A DNA stretch of 64,000 nucleotides from Eukaryota sp. TZLM1-RC (GCA_040285825.1 JAUPSS010000003.1:1798001-1862000), one strand, 5' to 3'. Shown: positions 11,109 through 23,454, numbered from the stretch's first letter. Numbers and translations: made by a program. The notes: generated by a model from the sequence alone, not told the origin.

Positions 11109-11475
11109 ATGAATCTGGTACTATTGTCTGCTCTTGTGTTGACTGCTTATGCTTCAACTCAATATCAGGTACAGATACGAAACAGGGGTCTCAATATTAT
11201 GGATTATGAGTCTTACTGTACGTCACTGTTGATTTCACTTTATCTCAGACACTGATGGCCGATGGGAGTCATCACCAGCAAAGCGTCTTTTTCCATTAAC
11301 TTTTACCAATGCCATCACCAGTGGTATCAGAAATCGAGTATACTATATCAACAAGAACACTCGTAAAACAGCCAATATTGGGTGGGGCGAACTAGGTTGT
11401 ACTTGTTCGGGTACTTGCGATTGCACAGTCCACAAAGTGTCCAACAATTCATGGAAGGTTGACGTAAAGTGCTGA
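11109..11475 (+). CDS. Small secreted Cys-containing protein (111 aa), possible aegerolysin/actinoporin-like beta-sandwich; exons 11109-11217, 11249-11475
   Basis: Signal peptide MNLVLLSALVLTAYA; removing the 31-nt intron GTACG..TCTCAG (11218-11248) gives an open frame to TGA 11473-11475 (..VQIRNRGLNIMDYESYYTDGRWESSPAKRLFP..RVYY..ANIGWG..CTCSGTCDC..). Confidence 0.72.
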
Positions 11476-11489
11476 TTCTTATTTATTCT

Positions 11490-12539
11490 AAAAATACAGT
11501 CTAAAAATCAATATCACCAAAACAAGCTTCCACACCATCAAACCGTACAACAACAATGTCTTCGTAATGTGCACTGACAGACTTCAGAGCGAAGTCATTT
11601 TAGGAATAGCTTTGAAAATGGTAAAAACATTACAGTTCAACCACAAACGATGATCAAAACCTGTATTCATTCTTCTTTTTACAAGATTTTCAAAATCATC
11701 AATAAAAGTCATTGCAGTTTTTCTAAAACGCCCATTCAAAGAAATAGCAAATGGGCAAATTTGGTAATCTACATGGCGAACTTGTTTCAATTCTTTCAAA
11801 AAATTTGCACATTTTTTTTTCGTTTGTACAATTCTGAATCATCAAGAGGGGATACTTCGGATTGTACATTTTTCAAGGCATTTTTCCTGCAAACATCCAC
11901 TGCAACAACATCAAAAACATTCAAGACATCATCAATTGAGGCCACAACAACAGCACGTCGTTTTCCATAGTTTGAATCTCTTAAATTTTCGTTTATATCA
12001 AGAGACCTCAACAACGGTTCTACAAATGATTCAATACGATAGGAATTACACATTGCATGGATTTTATTTCTGGTAACATCATGCAGTAGAACGATAAGAA
12101 ATAAATCTGTTGCATGTAAATAAATGGATAGTGTCGAACAAGCTCCACATTTGCTAAACACATCATTGGGCAAATTACAAGGCCATAGGTAGCAGCGCAT
12201 TCTCATTGCAGTAGTCCATTTGGGTCCATTGATCGTCATTTAAAAAAAGCCATAAATTTGGGGAATATGATTCAACAAAACTGCAGATGAACTCTCCTTC
12301 AAATCAATCAAAAAAATGGCAAAAGCCGGATTTTCTTGCTTAGCTGTGCTAAGTCGAACAAAGAAATTCTTACTTTGAAATTTTTTCAAAAGATTATTTT
12401 GGAGGTTTTCAACGCAAACTTCAATGGAGACAAACTTCTTTCTGGAATGTCTTGAATAGCTACAGCGGAACATGATTGTCATAACCGAGGAGATAAACTG
12501 AATACTTCTTCTCTTAAGTTATCCAGAAATAGACTATTT
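11490..12539 (-). mobile_element. RLE non-LTR retrotransposon family C, 3' part (interrupted by Gypsy insertion)
   Basis: WTTAMRMRCYLWPCNLP, ESFVEPLL, VFDVVAVDVC motifs; the protein continues on the far side of the Gypsy element (RYPFAENLLERT|NSLFLDNLREEVFSLSP). Confidence 0.82.
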
Positions 12540-12693
12540 TGTTAGTCTTGAATAGTTTCTATAGTTAATAGTTTAGTTATTGGTATTCCGCCTGTTAGCT
12601 TAAGAAGAGAGAATACAATTCCTCTTCGTAATAAATTACACTTCTGTTATACTACACTGTATGAATTCTAACTCACAACAGCCAAAACCATCA
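12540..12693 (+). repeat. 5' LTR (154 bp)
   Basis: TGTTAGTC...ACCATCA; 2 mismatches versus the 3' LTR; contains AATAAA. Confidence 0.9.
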
Positions 12694-12913
12694 ATTTGTT
12701 CTTTCAAGAAGATTTTCGGCAAAAGGATATCTTCTAGAAAATTCAAAGACAAAACTTTTTCCACCACCAATGAATGTAGCTATGGTCAATTACTTTGATG
12801 GATAGAAACCAACACCGCGAAGTTAAATTTCAGAAAAATACGATTTTGAAACAACTCTTCCCGAGGGTTCTACCTTAAGGGAAGATAGTTCCCTTCCTGA
12901 GGATTCCGTTCCA

Positions 12914-15900
12914 ATGGAGGGAAGTTCCTTTCCTCGGGATTCCGTTCCTGCGGAAGGAGACAACCCTTCTAAGGATTCTATTCCTTCTGAAGGAAGAAGT
13001 CCTTCATTAGTCTCCTACGACGATGAAGATGTTGAGGATTCCGTTGCTCCTCTTCCCCCTTCGCAATTGGGGGCATCTGAAGTCCCACCTTCTCCCCTCC
13101 CTGGAAGATGTTCTGAAGTACCATCTTCACCTTCTACTCAGAGCAGAGAGTCTGTTCAACCTTCTCTCACTGCAAAAGAAGTATTGGAAGACCAACCCTC
13201 TTCCTCCTCTAAGAAGGCCATTGAAGTACCATCTTCATCCCTTCCATCCAGTTCTGAGGTTCCACCCTCTCACTCTCAACAGCTTCTCCCTGCAGTTCCA
13301 ACTGTTAGGAGAACTATTCAAAATCCTGCTGTCCCAACTTCAGGATCTCCTCTTACTACATCAACAGTAAGAGGAGTTAACAATCTGTCTGTTTCCCCTC
13401 CCCAGGCTAGAGATTCCACTCCTAGCACACCAAATTTTCCTTCGCATCTTTCCCAAGAGCAAAGGAAGAGGTATGAACTATTATTTTCAGATCTGGTTGA
13501 CTATGAGGAACCTCCCAGGGAATTTTCTCACACAGCTCAACCTCCGGTTCCTCCCACGGAACATGTTTTTGAAATTGATAGAGAAACTGGTGAGGTTTCT
13601 AAAAAATATTTAGAACGTTACTTCCATGAAGATCGAATCTGGAAACTCAAGAACAGACTGGAAAGAGAGTTACAGGCTAGAAGAGGAACATCCTCTACAC
13701 CTGCTCAACTTACCTCTTCTCAAACTAGCTCCTACGCTAGCTCAAGTGTTCATCATGGTGCTTCCCGCCAGCACAACCCTTATGCTAGATATAGGGACAC
13801 ACGAGTCATTCCAGAGGACCCAGAGGCCATCCCTCCCACGGAGATGAACAACAAGCGTCCTCCTTTCTACGGCCCCAAAGTCGAGAACGACTTAGGAATA
13901 TGGATCTCTCCCAGAATTGGTCCATTTCTTTCCGATGAAAGGATCACCCCAGAAACCTCCAGGAATGACCCTGAACCAACTTATGAACCAAGACCCGGAG
14001 TTACGTTCATGAGAACTACTCGAGAAGGAGTATTCAGACGCTTCGCTGAAGATGAAGACAACCTCTTCATAACCGTTCACAACCCTTGCCCATACCCTAG
14101 GTTCAGCCCTGGGTACAACGCATCTCTCGATATCCTTATCGACAGAGATTATAGAACAGGGTGGTGGTTTACCGAAACCACATATGGTGAAAGACTCTTT
14201 CTATATGATAGACGTCCTGATCATATAGCGTCATATTGTGGTCCCGACCACAGAAGATCTGGCAATCTTCAAAGAGCCCTCCAGCTCGTCACCGTTTTCC
14301 CTGGATGCATAGAATCCAGGATGTTAAAGTGGGTAATGGTAGAAGGTCGTATAGAGAAAACACGCTTGGTTCAACCAGCGATCTCTTCTTATCAGGTTCC
14401 AGCCCAGATCGAAGAGACAGTACCTTCCCCTGAACCTCAACAGAGTGAAGCTCCATCTTCCTCCGCTCAACCTCCTGAATCACCACAAACTCCTATGGAA
14501 ACTGATTCATTTCCTATCACGGAAACCTCTAACCCCAACCAATCTGCTATGGAACAAGCTGACGACGACGTTGTCACTGTGAGCAGTGAATCACCCACCC
14601 CCACCACATCTTCTGATGCAGTACCTGCTCCCATCACTCCCGTTAGTCGAGCTCCTCAACCCCTACCTACACCTTCCACGACAGAGTCAACATCCTCCAT
14701 TTCCTCACATCATTCAAATTTCTCGGGCACATACGAAAGTAGCCTTCTCCTCTCATCAATGATTGGATCAAGAGATCGAGATGACAGACGTAGGGACCGT
14801 CCTAAACGTCCATATCTTGAGGCTTGTGATTTGAGAGACGCTGATAAACTTCTAAAGTTTGTCAACAAATTCATTCTCTGGAGTCGTACCGACCGAGTCT
14901 TAAGAGAAACGAGAGGTAACGTTGAGGATCCAGCCCAAATAGCTCTAGCTAACGAAGTTGCCAGACTACGTGAAGAATTAGAACTAGCTGGAGAAGGTTC
15001 CCAACCACCGATCGATGAGTATTTTGGTAACATCACTGGAGAACCAGTTCACGAATGGGACTTGTTCCGCCAAGCCATGAGGATCAACCCCCGAGGCCTC
15101 GCTGAATGTGTCACCCCCGAGGTGTTAAATGCGCTACGATACCAAGGTGCTCACCTAGCTATCTCTTCTCCCACGGTCCCTACCTCAAGAGATGAACGCA
15201 TCATTTGGGCTCAAATTCTAAGAAGAACCCAATTCAGCAGACTGGATGAGGGTAATCGAGCTCTCCTCGCAACCAACATGGACTGGTCGGAAAGAGACTA
15301 TGGCAATAGATGGATTGACTTCATGGTCAACATAGGCAGAGTTCTGACTCGCTCAACCGCCATCCAAGAATTTAGGGGCATCTCTCAATAATTGAGAACA
15401 TTCTCCATAAGCTCCACTCCTCCAGCTGATAGACTTCCAGACTGGGTAGTTGCTACTCATGTCTTAGAAAGCGTAGGAATTATCCCTATCAGAGACAAAC
15501 TCCTCAGGATCTGGTCCTCTCCCTCCCACTACTCATGCGATGGACACACCCCTGGCGAATTCTTTAGTGTTCTCCAAATTGAATACGAGAATTTCTGTAA
15601 CGCCAGATCGTTCATGGAACAACTGAACCATGTCGATTTCACCTGTCAGAACCAATTTACTCACCAGCAGGCCTCTCGCCGACCTCCCATGGTCGTTGCC
15701 TCCTTACCTGACACCCCCAGACCACGAGGTTCTGGTCCAGGTAAACGCCCAAAACAAAGTAAGTGAGGAAGCCTACCACAATCGTCTTCCCAGGCCGCTG
15801 ATGTCCAATGCAACTTCTGTAAGAAAAAGGGCCATCCGACCGAAAGGTGCCCTAGCGAAGACTGCCAAAGGAGCAAGAAGTGGAGAGAGCAACAAGCTCA

Positions 15901-18900
15901 ACAACAAGCTCGAGGTAGAAGTTCTAGAGGTTCTGGTTTCCGTAGTCGAAGAGGTACTCGCGGCAGAAACAGAGGCTCTTCTTACAATAAACGTTCCCGT
16001 CACTATTTATGTACTTTAGAAACCATACCCCCTACAACAACAACACAACCACACACAGAAAGTTCAGCATGGAAAGATTCTCTTATCAATCCACTTGCCA
16101 ACTTGGAACCTACCAAGACACTCAACAGTCAGGCTCACTTCTTCTCAGAACAAGCCGACTTAAATGGACATGATTCTGATACATTTTTTATGGTACAATC
16201 CATGAATCACAACTGCCTACAATTAAACTTCTTGATCAACAATGTCGAAGTTAAAGGCATAATTGACTCTGGTGCAACATGCTCAGTAGTCACGGAAGAC
16301 GTCATCAGTAATTGTAACATGGCACGTTCCAACGAAACCATTTCATACAAGATTGCTGATGGAACTACCTCACAGTCCCTTGGTACTGCTTCTGGAACCC
16401 TTAGCATTAGACTAGGTAGTGTTACCCAGATTGTACACGTGAAACACAAGTTCAGCATCGTTCCTGGACATGAGACCATTCTCATTGGTGCTGACTTGTT
16501 GAGTCACCTGGGCTGATGAACAACAAGGGCATTTATATTAGAATGGACGACGCCTGTCGCACATTACTATTACCTGAAGCTGAATTCGATCATCGAATAT
16601 CACAAGCTTCGGAAGTCGTCAACGTTTCCACACGTTGGTTGGAACACATCAACTCATCTGGTTGTACCATCAACCTCGACAACGACCATTTCAAGAAGTC
16701 CCTACTTCAAACTTTGAAGGAGTTCGAAGACGTATTTACCCTCAAGCCTCATGCTGAAGGTATTGATTGCCCTCCCATGGAAATCAACTTCCACAACGAA
16801 GACGTCAGAGTTAGAAGACCCCCCAGGACCCTGAATCCAGCCAGGCTAGAGGTCGCTAACCAAATTTTCGACGAACTCGTAGACTCAGAATTTGCTGTCC
16901 CATCGAACCATGAGTTCAGCTCCCCTGTCTGTCTAGTGGTCTACCCAGATCACCGTAAGCCCCGCCTTACTGGTGACTATAGTGGCAAGGACGGAGTCAA
17001 CGCCAACACCATTCCTGTTGAGCCCAACCTTCCAAGGATCTCCGATGTGCTGGTATTTCTCTCCCAAGCGAACTACATAGGCACCCTTGATCTCCCCAAA
17101 GCCTTTTGGCAACTCAAGATTGCCGAAAAGGATTGGCAGAAAACAACCCTGAGCATTCCTGGCAAAAGCATCATGTTCAAACGTGCAGCTTTTGGCCTAA
17201 AGAATGTCCCAGCCGTTTTCCAAAACGTCATGGCTGACATCTTCTCGGGAGACGGTGTCTTCATTTACATAGATGACATCATAATCATAGGTTCAACCTT
17301 TGACGAATTCATTGAACGCCTCCGTCGCGTCCTTGATCAAGCCAGATGCAAAAGAGTTTCCTTGGGACTTCCAAAGTGCCATTTCGTGTCTTCCAGACAC
17401 CCAATCAAGATACTGGGCAGTGTTTTCCAAAACAAACAGCGGACTATCGATCCCACTCGCGTTGAATCTTTGCTGAATCTACCGAGACCAAAGACAATCA
17501 AAGACGTCCGCAGCCTCGTAGGATCAGTCAACTTCATTAGAGAATGGCTTCCTCAGGTATCTGAGCTCATCGCTCCTATCATCAGATTGACTAAGAAGGA
17601 TGGAAATAACTCCAAAGTTAAACCCAAACCCCGCGCGCAACGCCTTCAATGGCCGACATGCACGACAGACTCCTTCAAAAGATCAAACAACTGATAGCGA
17701 AGCACATGCCGCTCAGCTTACCTCCGCTGGAAAACCAAATTTTAATTAGTTGCGACGCATCCGACATTGCTGTAGGCGGCGTCATATGGGAACAAATCGA
17801 ACAAGTCGACGACCCTGGTACCCCCCTGATCAACAGGAAATGTAGGCCTATCAGCTTCTTCAGCCGGTTGTTAACCAACTCGCAAAAGAACTGGCCGACA
17901 AACCAAAAGGAATTCTATGCTATTCTACTCATGTTAACTCAAAGTGGTTTTGAAAACTACTTGAAAGGAAGGAATCTGGTTATATTCTCAGACCATCAAA
18001 ACCTTACCTACATGTTCACGGCTCCTGAGCAGAACAGAATTGTAACAAGATGGTTACCCATATTCTCTGAATTCTGCTTTGATTTGGTACATACCAAAGG
18101 GGAAGATAACTTCTGGGCTGATATGTTGTCTCGAATAGTTCCGCCTATAGACCATCAAGAGATCAATCATTTGTCCCATCAAATGCCTCCAAATTTTCAT
18201 CCAATATTTTACATTGATAAAATCGATGGAACAGAAAATGAAAGATACTACATCGAAGACTTAAACAACTTCGAACGTATCATGGTCATCAGAGAACGAT
18301 GTTCCAACGACCTGCCTATTTTCGAGCCATGGCTCTGTAGGATTAGGTCCGAACAGAAGCTTGCCATAGCTTCCAAAGACCCCTCTTTCAACAACTGTGT
18401 TCATAACAATCATCTTGATTTATATATGACTCACGACAACAAGATAGTGATTCCCAAATCACTCATTAAGGACACCCTTAACTTGTTGCATGGACTTCTG
18501 CAAGGAGGTCATCCAAGCAAAGCTGAAAGCCTGAACAAGCTCAGGAACAGCGATTATTGGTGGCCAAACATGCTCACCGACATGAATAAGCACGTCCAAG
18601 AATGCCCCTCCTGTCAGAAAACAAAGCCAGTTCCCAAACTGCATGTTCCCCCAACCGGTTCATTGTGGGCTGACAGACCTTTTGCTCGCGTCAACGCCGA
18701 CGTCATTGGTCCTCTTCCAGAAGATCAAGAAGGCTACAAATACATCCTCGTATTTATTGACAGCTTCTCTAGGTTCACGATCATCGTGCCTTTAAAAGAG
18801 ATAAATGCCAATCTTACTGCAGATGCATTAATTTGGAAAGTCTGTGCCATCTTTGGTATTCCATTTCAAATCCACAGCGATAATGGACCCGAATTTTCCA

Positions 18901-19816
18901 AGGCTGTCTTTGACGAATTAAGCAATTTTTTGGGCATAGAGGTGTCAAAGTCAATACCTAGGTTTTCTCCGTCCAACGGCTTGGTAGAGCGCCGACACAG
19001 AGACATCCTGCAAAACCTACGGAAATTGCTCGTAGACTTCAATGCCTACGATGTGTGGTCTGAATACTTGCCTTATGTGCAATTATTGATCAACTCTTCC
19101 AAGAGCTCAATAACCAACCACACCCCATACCAAGTGATCTTTGGCTCAGATGTGTCCCCAGATCAGACCCTGGCAAAATTCTTGAAATCATTGAAAGCTC
19201 GACGTCTGAGTCATCTTTTATTCAAGAAATTCAATCTAAATTTCGAAGATTGAAAGAGAAACAGGAAAAGGCAGCACACCATCAAGCTTCCAAAGCTTCC
19301 AAGCTAACTAGATCGTCAACTCCAAACCCTTTTGAAGTTGGGCAATTGGTATTGAGAGCATCTGGCTCTTCCGCTAAGCTTCATGGAGACTATTTAGGAC
19401 CCTTCCTAATTACTGAAATCGTATCCAATTCGTCTGTGAATATTAAGAATCTCTGCACAGGTACGATTGTCCAAGCTAGCGTCAAACATTTAGCACCCTG
19501 GCACTCCAGCTTGCCCACCAACGATGAGTTCCACTCCTGGGTCGCTGCAGATGATGTCGAAGAACACATCATTGAAAAAGTGCTCAGTCAGGATGGTGAC
19601 TTTTGCCAAGTGCAATGGCCTGGAAAAGAGATCACCACCGAACATGTGTCTACAGTCCAAAATACTGCCGCGTATAAAGACTTTATAAAGACTTCAAAAG
19701 CACGTCGCCGTACTAAATCCGCTCCTCCCAAGAAGCGTCATATTTCCATTAGTTCACCTCTTGTGACTAGAGCTTCCAGGGCTCGTCGCTCGAAAGAGAG
19801 GAAAAGGCAGTGTTAG
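12914..19816 (+). pseudogene. Gypsy gag-pol polyprotein with in-frame stops (15389, 15764) and frameshifts (about 16515, 17650-17690, 19150-19250)
   Basis: Gag, the CNFCKKKGHPTERC knuckle (15809) and the protease share one frame; RT, RNase H/integrase and GPF/chromo segments lie in shifted frames; the final stop lies inside the 3' LTR. Confidence 0.88.
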
Positions 19817-19964
19817 TCTTGAATAGTTTCTATAGTTAATAGTTTAGTTATTAGTATTCCGCCTGTTAGCTTAAGAAGAGAGAATACAATTCCTCTTCGT
19901 AATAAATTACACTTCTGTTATACTACACTGTATGAATTCTAACTCACAACAGCCAAGACCATCA
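19811..19964 (+). repeat. 3' LTR (154 bp)
   Basis: Preceded by the polypurine tract GAAAGAGAGGAAAAGGCAG and followed by TSD ATTT. Confidence 0.9.
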
Positions 19965-20880
19965 ATTTGTTCTTTCAAGAAGATTTTCGGCAAAAGGATA
20001 TCTTCTAGAAAATTCAAAGTCAAAACTTTTTCCACCACCAATGAATGTAGCTTTGGTCAATTACTTTGATGGATAGAAACCAACACCGCGAAGTTAAATT
20101 TCAGAAAAATACGATTTTTCAAAATTGTTGGATTAACTGACATTAAGAATGCCAAAAATTCTGTACGTATTTGTTTATATAGTCTACAACAATTGTAATT
20201 TAATGATGGAGGTAACGATCGTATCAAATGGGTAAATTCTCCAGAATAATATATTTTTAAAAGAATAAACTTGAGAAACTTTTCCAATTCAAGGGTTTTA
20301 ATAATTTCAAGCTCTTTCTCAATTGATTTCAAATAGTTTTTAAGGCTATCAAGTGTTTTTTCAACTGAACCTAGGTAACAACCAAGAAAGAAGAAATAAG
20401 TTTAAGTATAATCAATTAATGGTGCTTCCAGGGAATTGATTACTAATTTAACATTAGGTCCAGAAAAACAGAAACATTTTTGAACATTCAATTGAAGTCC
20501 TATGATTGATATAATGTGGCAGCTTCATTAACAATTCTATGAATTGTACTTTCTGGACCAATTCAAGAAATGTTATCCATAGAGGCTACCACTTGAAGAT
20601 CAGAATTTTCTTCCTTTAGTTTTTTCAAAATTAAATGAATTGCAAGACAGAAAAAGAAAAGTCCTAAAGATTATCCTTGTTTAACTCCTGGTAACGAATC
20701 GAGATTAAATGAATTAAAAATTAAATCAGATGAATTGCCATAAAATCTATGAAAAAAGTTTGAGTCCAGGAAAATTTCACCTAAGTTCTGTCCAAATTGA
20801 ATCTCTTTTCCAAGAATTGAAAGCATTTTTGAAATTAAGATTAAAAATGCAATTATTTTCCTTACAATTAAACAAAAGCT
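19965..20880 (-). mobile_element. RLE non-LTR family C, 5' (RT/thumb) part, degenerate
   Basis: YSGEFTHLIRS, FIGGGK and a degenerate GVKQG..LGLFFFCLAIH RT segment on the minus strand; 5' boundary approximate. Confidence 0.75.
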
Positions 20881-21511
20881 TAAGCTGAATATTATGCTGA
20901 TCCTTATTGTATTGTTTTAATTATCAAGTATTTGGATAGTGTTCAATTTTCTGGTGAATTTAATATTGTCATAAATTTTATAAAGATAACAAATTGGAAC
21001 ATCTTGAAATAATCCTGAGGAGCAAGATAATAAATGAGGTAGAGCATTGTTTGCTTTGATCAGCAAGTGGGCCATTGATGTATATTGATTTAAATCACAA
21101 CCATCATATTGAAACGGTCAACCAACAGTAAAGACATCACCAACATTAAATTTGAAATGTTATTTCAGTGAATTTAATGCTGGGAATAGTAGGTTATTGG
21201 GAGTAGAGTTGGTAAATCAAGCTCCTTTACTATTGCTATAACTCAGGTAAATTCCTAAAGTCTTCGACTAATGATCTTACTCACAATCCGAGAATACTGA
21301 AATAATTGCCACTCTCGTTGGGAGGTTACATTTTGAAGCAGTGTTCGGAATTTTTCCACCATGGTGGCACCACGTGGTCCATGGAGTACTAAAATTGAAC
21401 CACGTAGTGGTGTCTGTCTGATCACTTTTGAAACAATACAATTTGCTACGTCATTACAAGTCATCACTTTTATTTGTCAATGACAAATCATCCATTTATT
21501 ACTTTCACTCT

Positions 21512-22049
21512 ATGTCATCAAATCAAGATAAACCACACACCTCCTGGGCTCAACGCAAGGACAAAGTACTATTGAGTGTCGATTGTGCTGAACCCACAAA
21601 TGTTAAAGTCGATGTACAGCCTACCAGACTCACTTTCTCTGGACGATCTCAAATCTATTCCAAGGACTATAACTTTGACATCGAACTCTTTGATGAAATC
21701 GATCCTGAAACTTCAAAATACCATGTAAGTGGACGCGAGGTTCGATTCATTTTGATGAAAAAGGATACTGAAGCTGAATTTTGGCCCCGCTTGACCAAGG
21801 AAAAAGTTTGTTCAATGTCTCCACTCATCCAAGATTAAGCAACATTGGCTCGGAATCGACTGGAACCATTATGTTGATGAAGACGAAGAAAAACCTGAAG
21901 ACACTGGAGCCTTTGACATGTCCCAGTTCCAGAATTTAGCCAATATGGGAGGAATGCCTGGAATGGAAGGAATGCCCGATTTGTCAGCCATGGGAGACCT
22001 AGGTGCCATTGGATCAGATTCAGAGGAAGAAGAGGAATCCAAGGAATAG
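21512..22049 (+). CDS. p23: p23/Sba1 Hsp90 co-chaperone (CS domain); exons 21512-21805, 21834-22049
   Basis: WAQRKD..FWPRLTKEK|IKQHWLGIDWNHYVDEDEE after removing the 28-nt intron GTTTGTT..ACTCAT..AAG (21806-21833); GM-rich acidic tail. Confidence 0.93.
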
Positions 22050-22336
22050 ACGTTGTTCACTGTAACCTCTTGCACTATTTATCTCTACCACTTCTTTGTT
22101 ACAATAAATTATGATTATTCGTAGATATTTACTAGTTTTTATTGTTTGGTTTCAGACATAAACAAATTTCCATGAAATGTTATATAGCTGTACGATATAA
22201 CAAATTCATTAAAGCAACAAAAAAAATCAAAATAATTAAATAGTACAACACAAAGAAACCAACTGTAAAATGAATTGCAGAAAGTTCGCAAATAAAGATC
22301 AAAAATGATATCACAATTATTAAACAAGGAAAAAAA

Positions 22337-23245
22337 CTATTCATTTGTGACTGTCTCTTCCGTACTGGTTTCTTTATCTACAACTACAAACTCATCATCC
22401 CAATCATAATCACAATTGATTGATTTGGCTGATTTTGGACGGTCAACAACCGCACTTGGTAACGAAAGAGAGAGTAAAAATACTTCAGTTTGTTCAAAAT
22501 TACCAATTGACTGCAGAAAATCAATAGCTTTAAGGGTATTTGGATAAATCTTTCTATTTAAAGGTGATTTACTTTGATCGATTTCAATATAGTCAACTAT
22601 GAAAAGGATAGCATCTTCAATAGTTAAAGAAGAGGTAATTTGACCTCCTAGACGTTTGAATTCCGTTGAAAAAGGATCAGAATCATCATCAAGTAATTCT
22701 AAAACTGAAATTGGAAAATAGTTATTTTTAAAATAGGACTTAATTTGGAATAAAATTGATGAAATTGCAATTATTATCAGCTGTAATTCATTTGTAAATG
22801 GTATTTTAGAATTAATTCTACTGGACCGATGACTGGAAAACTGAGTAATAAACAAATGGAGCACTTTTTTTAGATAATCAAGTCTCGAATTATGAGCCTT
22901 CAAAACTTGGTGTATTGCTATATTCTTTAATAAACGTACTTGTTTGGGAAGCGACCGTGGTTGGATCACTGTGAGTCTGGAACTGTGAGGAAGTAGAGCT
23001 GATGAGAATAGAGAATCTATAGTGAGTTCCAGGTCTTCACAGAGAGAAAGAAGGTCTGAAGTGGGTGGTGTGGAGGGAGGAACATAGACGGAGGTCTTGT
23101 GTGATAAGATATGTTGTATAAGCTGTTTTTGAGAAGTTTTAAGGTTAAATTTGTTGGAAAGGAAAGTATTGCGAGAAGGAGGTGGAGTGAGAATTGACCT
23201 AGGTAGATCAGTAACTGTGGATGCTGGTCGTGGTGGTATTGACAT
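22337..23245 (-). CDS. Hypothetical protein (302 aa)
   Basis: Intact ORF; Pro/Ser-rich N-terminus, helical core; no recognised domain. Confidence 0.65.
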   Translation of the reverse strand: MSIPPRPASTVTDLPRSILTPPPSRNTFLSNKFNLKTSQKQLIQHILSHKTSVYVPPSTPPTSDLLSLCEDLELTIDSLFSSALLPHSSRLTVIQPRSLPKQVRLLKNIAIHQVLKAHNSRLDYLKKVLHLFITQFSSHRSSRINSKIPFTNELQLIIIAISSILFQIKSYFKNNYFPISVLELLDDDSDPFSTEFKRLGGQITSSLTIEDAILFIVDYIEIDQSKSPLNRKIYPNTLKAIDFLQSIGNFEQTEVFLLSLSLPSAVVDRPKSAKSINCDYDWDDEFVVVDKETSTEETVTNE

Positions 23246-23353
23246 TGACTAACAGCACAAAAATGTCAAATGGTTGTAACTCGTGGAAATTACTGGAATA
23301 TGATGAAATGATTCTTGATCCTTTCAAGACTTCAGGTCTTTCGTTTCCTTTGA
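23246..23353 (-). promoter_or_regulatory. Upstream cassette family 2, copy a
   Basis: About 74% identical by manual alignment (one gap) to 50771-50879; both end at an ATG; stem-loop GTAATTT ccac GAGTTAC at 23276-23293. Confidence 0.7.
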
Positions 23354-23454
23354 GATACCGATCTACAACATGAATCATATCGAGAACAGGAGTGACATTA
23401 CCATTCCATTGACATCCCTGAATCTTCCCAACTTCGGGTATTTCAATTATGTAT

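Larger units (their letters stand above)
12540..19964 (+). mobile_element. Full-length Ty3/Gypsy LTR retrotransposon (chromovirus-like), disrupted
   Basis: 154-bp TG..CA LTRs; ATTT TSD (12536-12539, 19965-19968); PPT 19792-19810; order gag(CCHC)-PR(DSGA)-RT(YIDD)-RH(CDAS)-IN(H..CPSC, D, SDNGPEF, VERRH)-GPF-chromo-like. Confidence 0.95.

Noticed and set aside
12645-12660. AGTGTAGTAT (minus strand) resembling the U2 snRNA branch-recognition region
   Set aside because: Only about 10 nt match, inside the LTR, with no flanking U2 stems or Sm site.
12540-12847. 308-bp direct repeat as the true LTR
   Set aside because: The second half is antisense non-LTR coding sequence; TG..CA ends and the ATTT TSD define a 154-bp LTR.
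15389-15766. Stop-codon reassignment or readthrough suggested by in-frame TAA/TGA in gag
   Set aside because: Host genes end in TAA, TAG and TGA, and long genes (DOP1, 1926 aa) have no internal stops; the element also has frameshifts, so decay is simpler.
21355-21395. Cluster of short palindromes (CCACCATGGTGG, ACCACGTGGT)
   Set aside because: Single occurrence more than 110 nt from the p23 ATG, with no second copy to support function.
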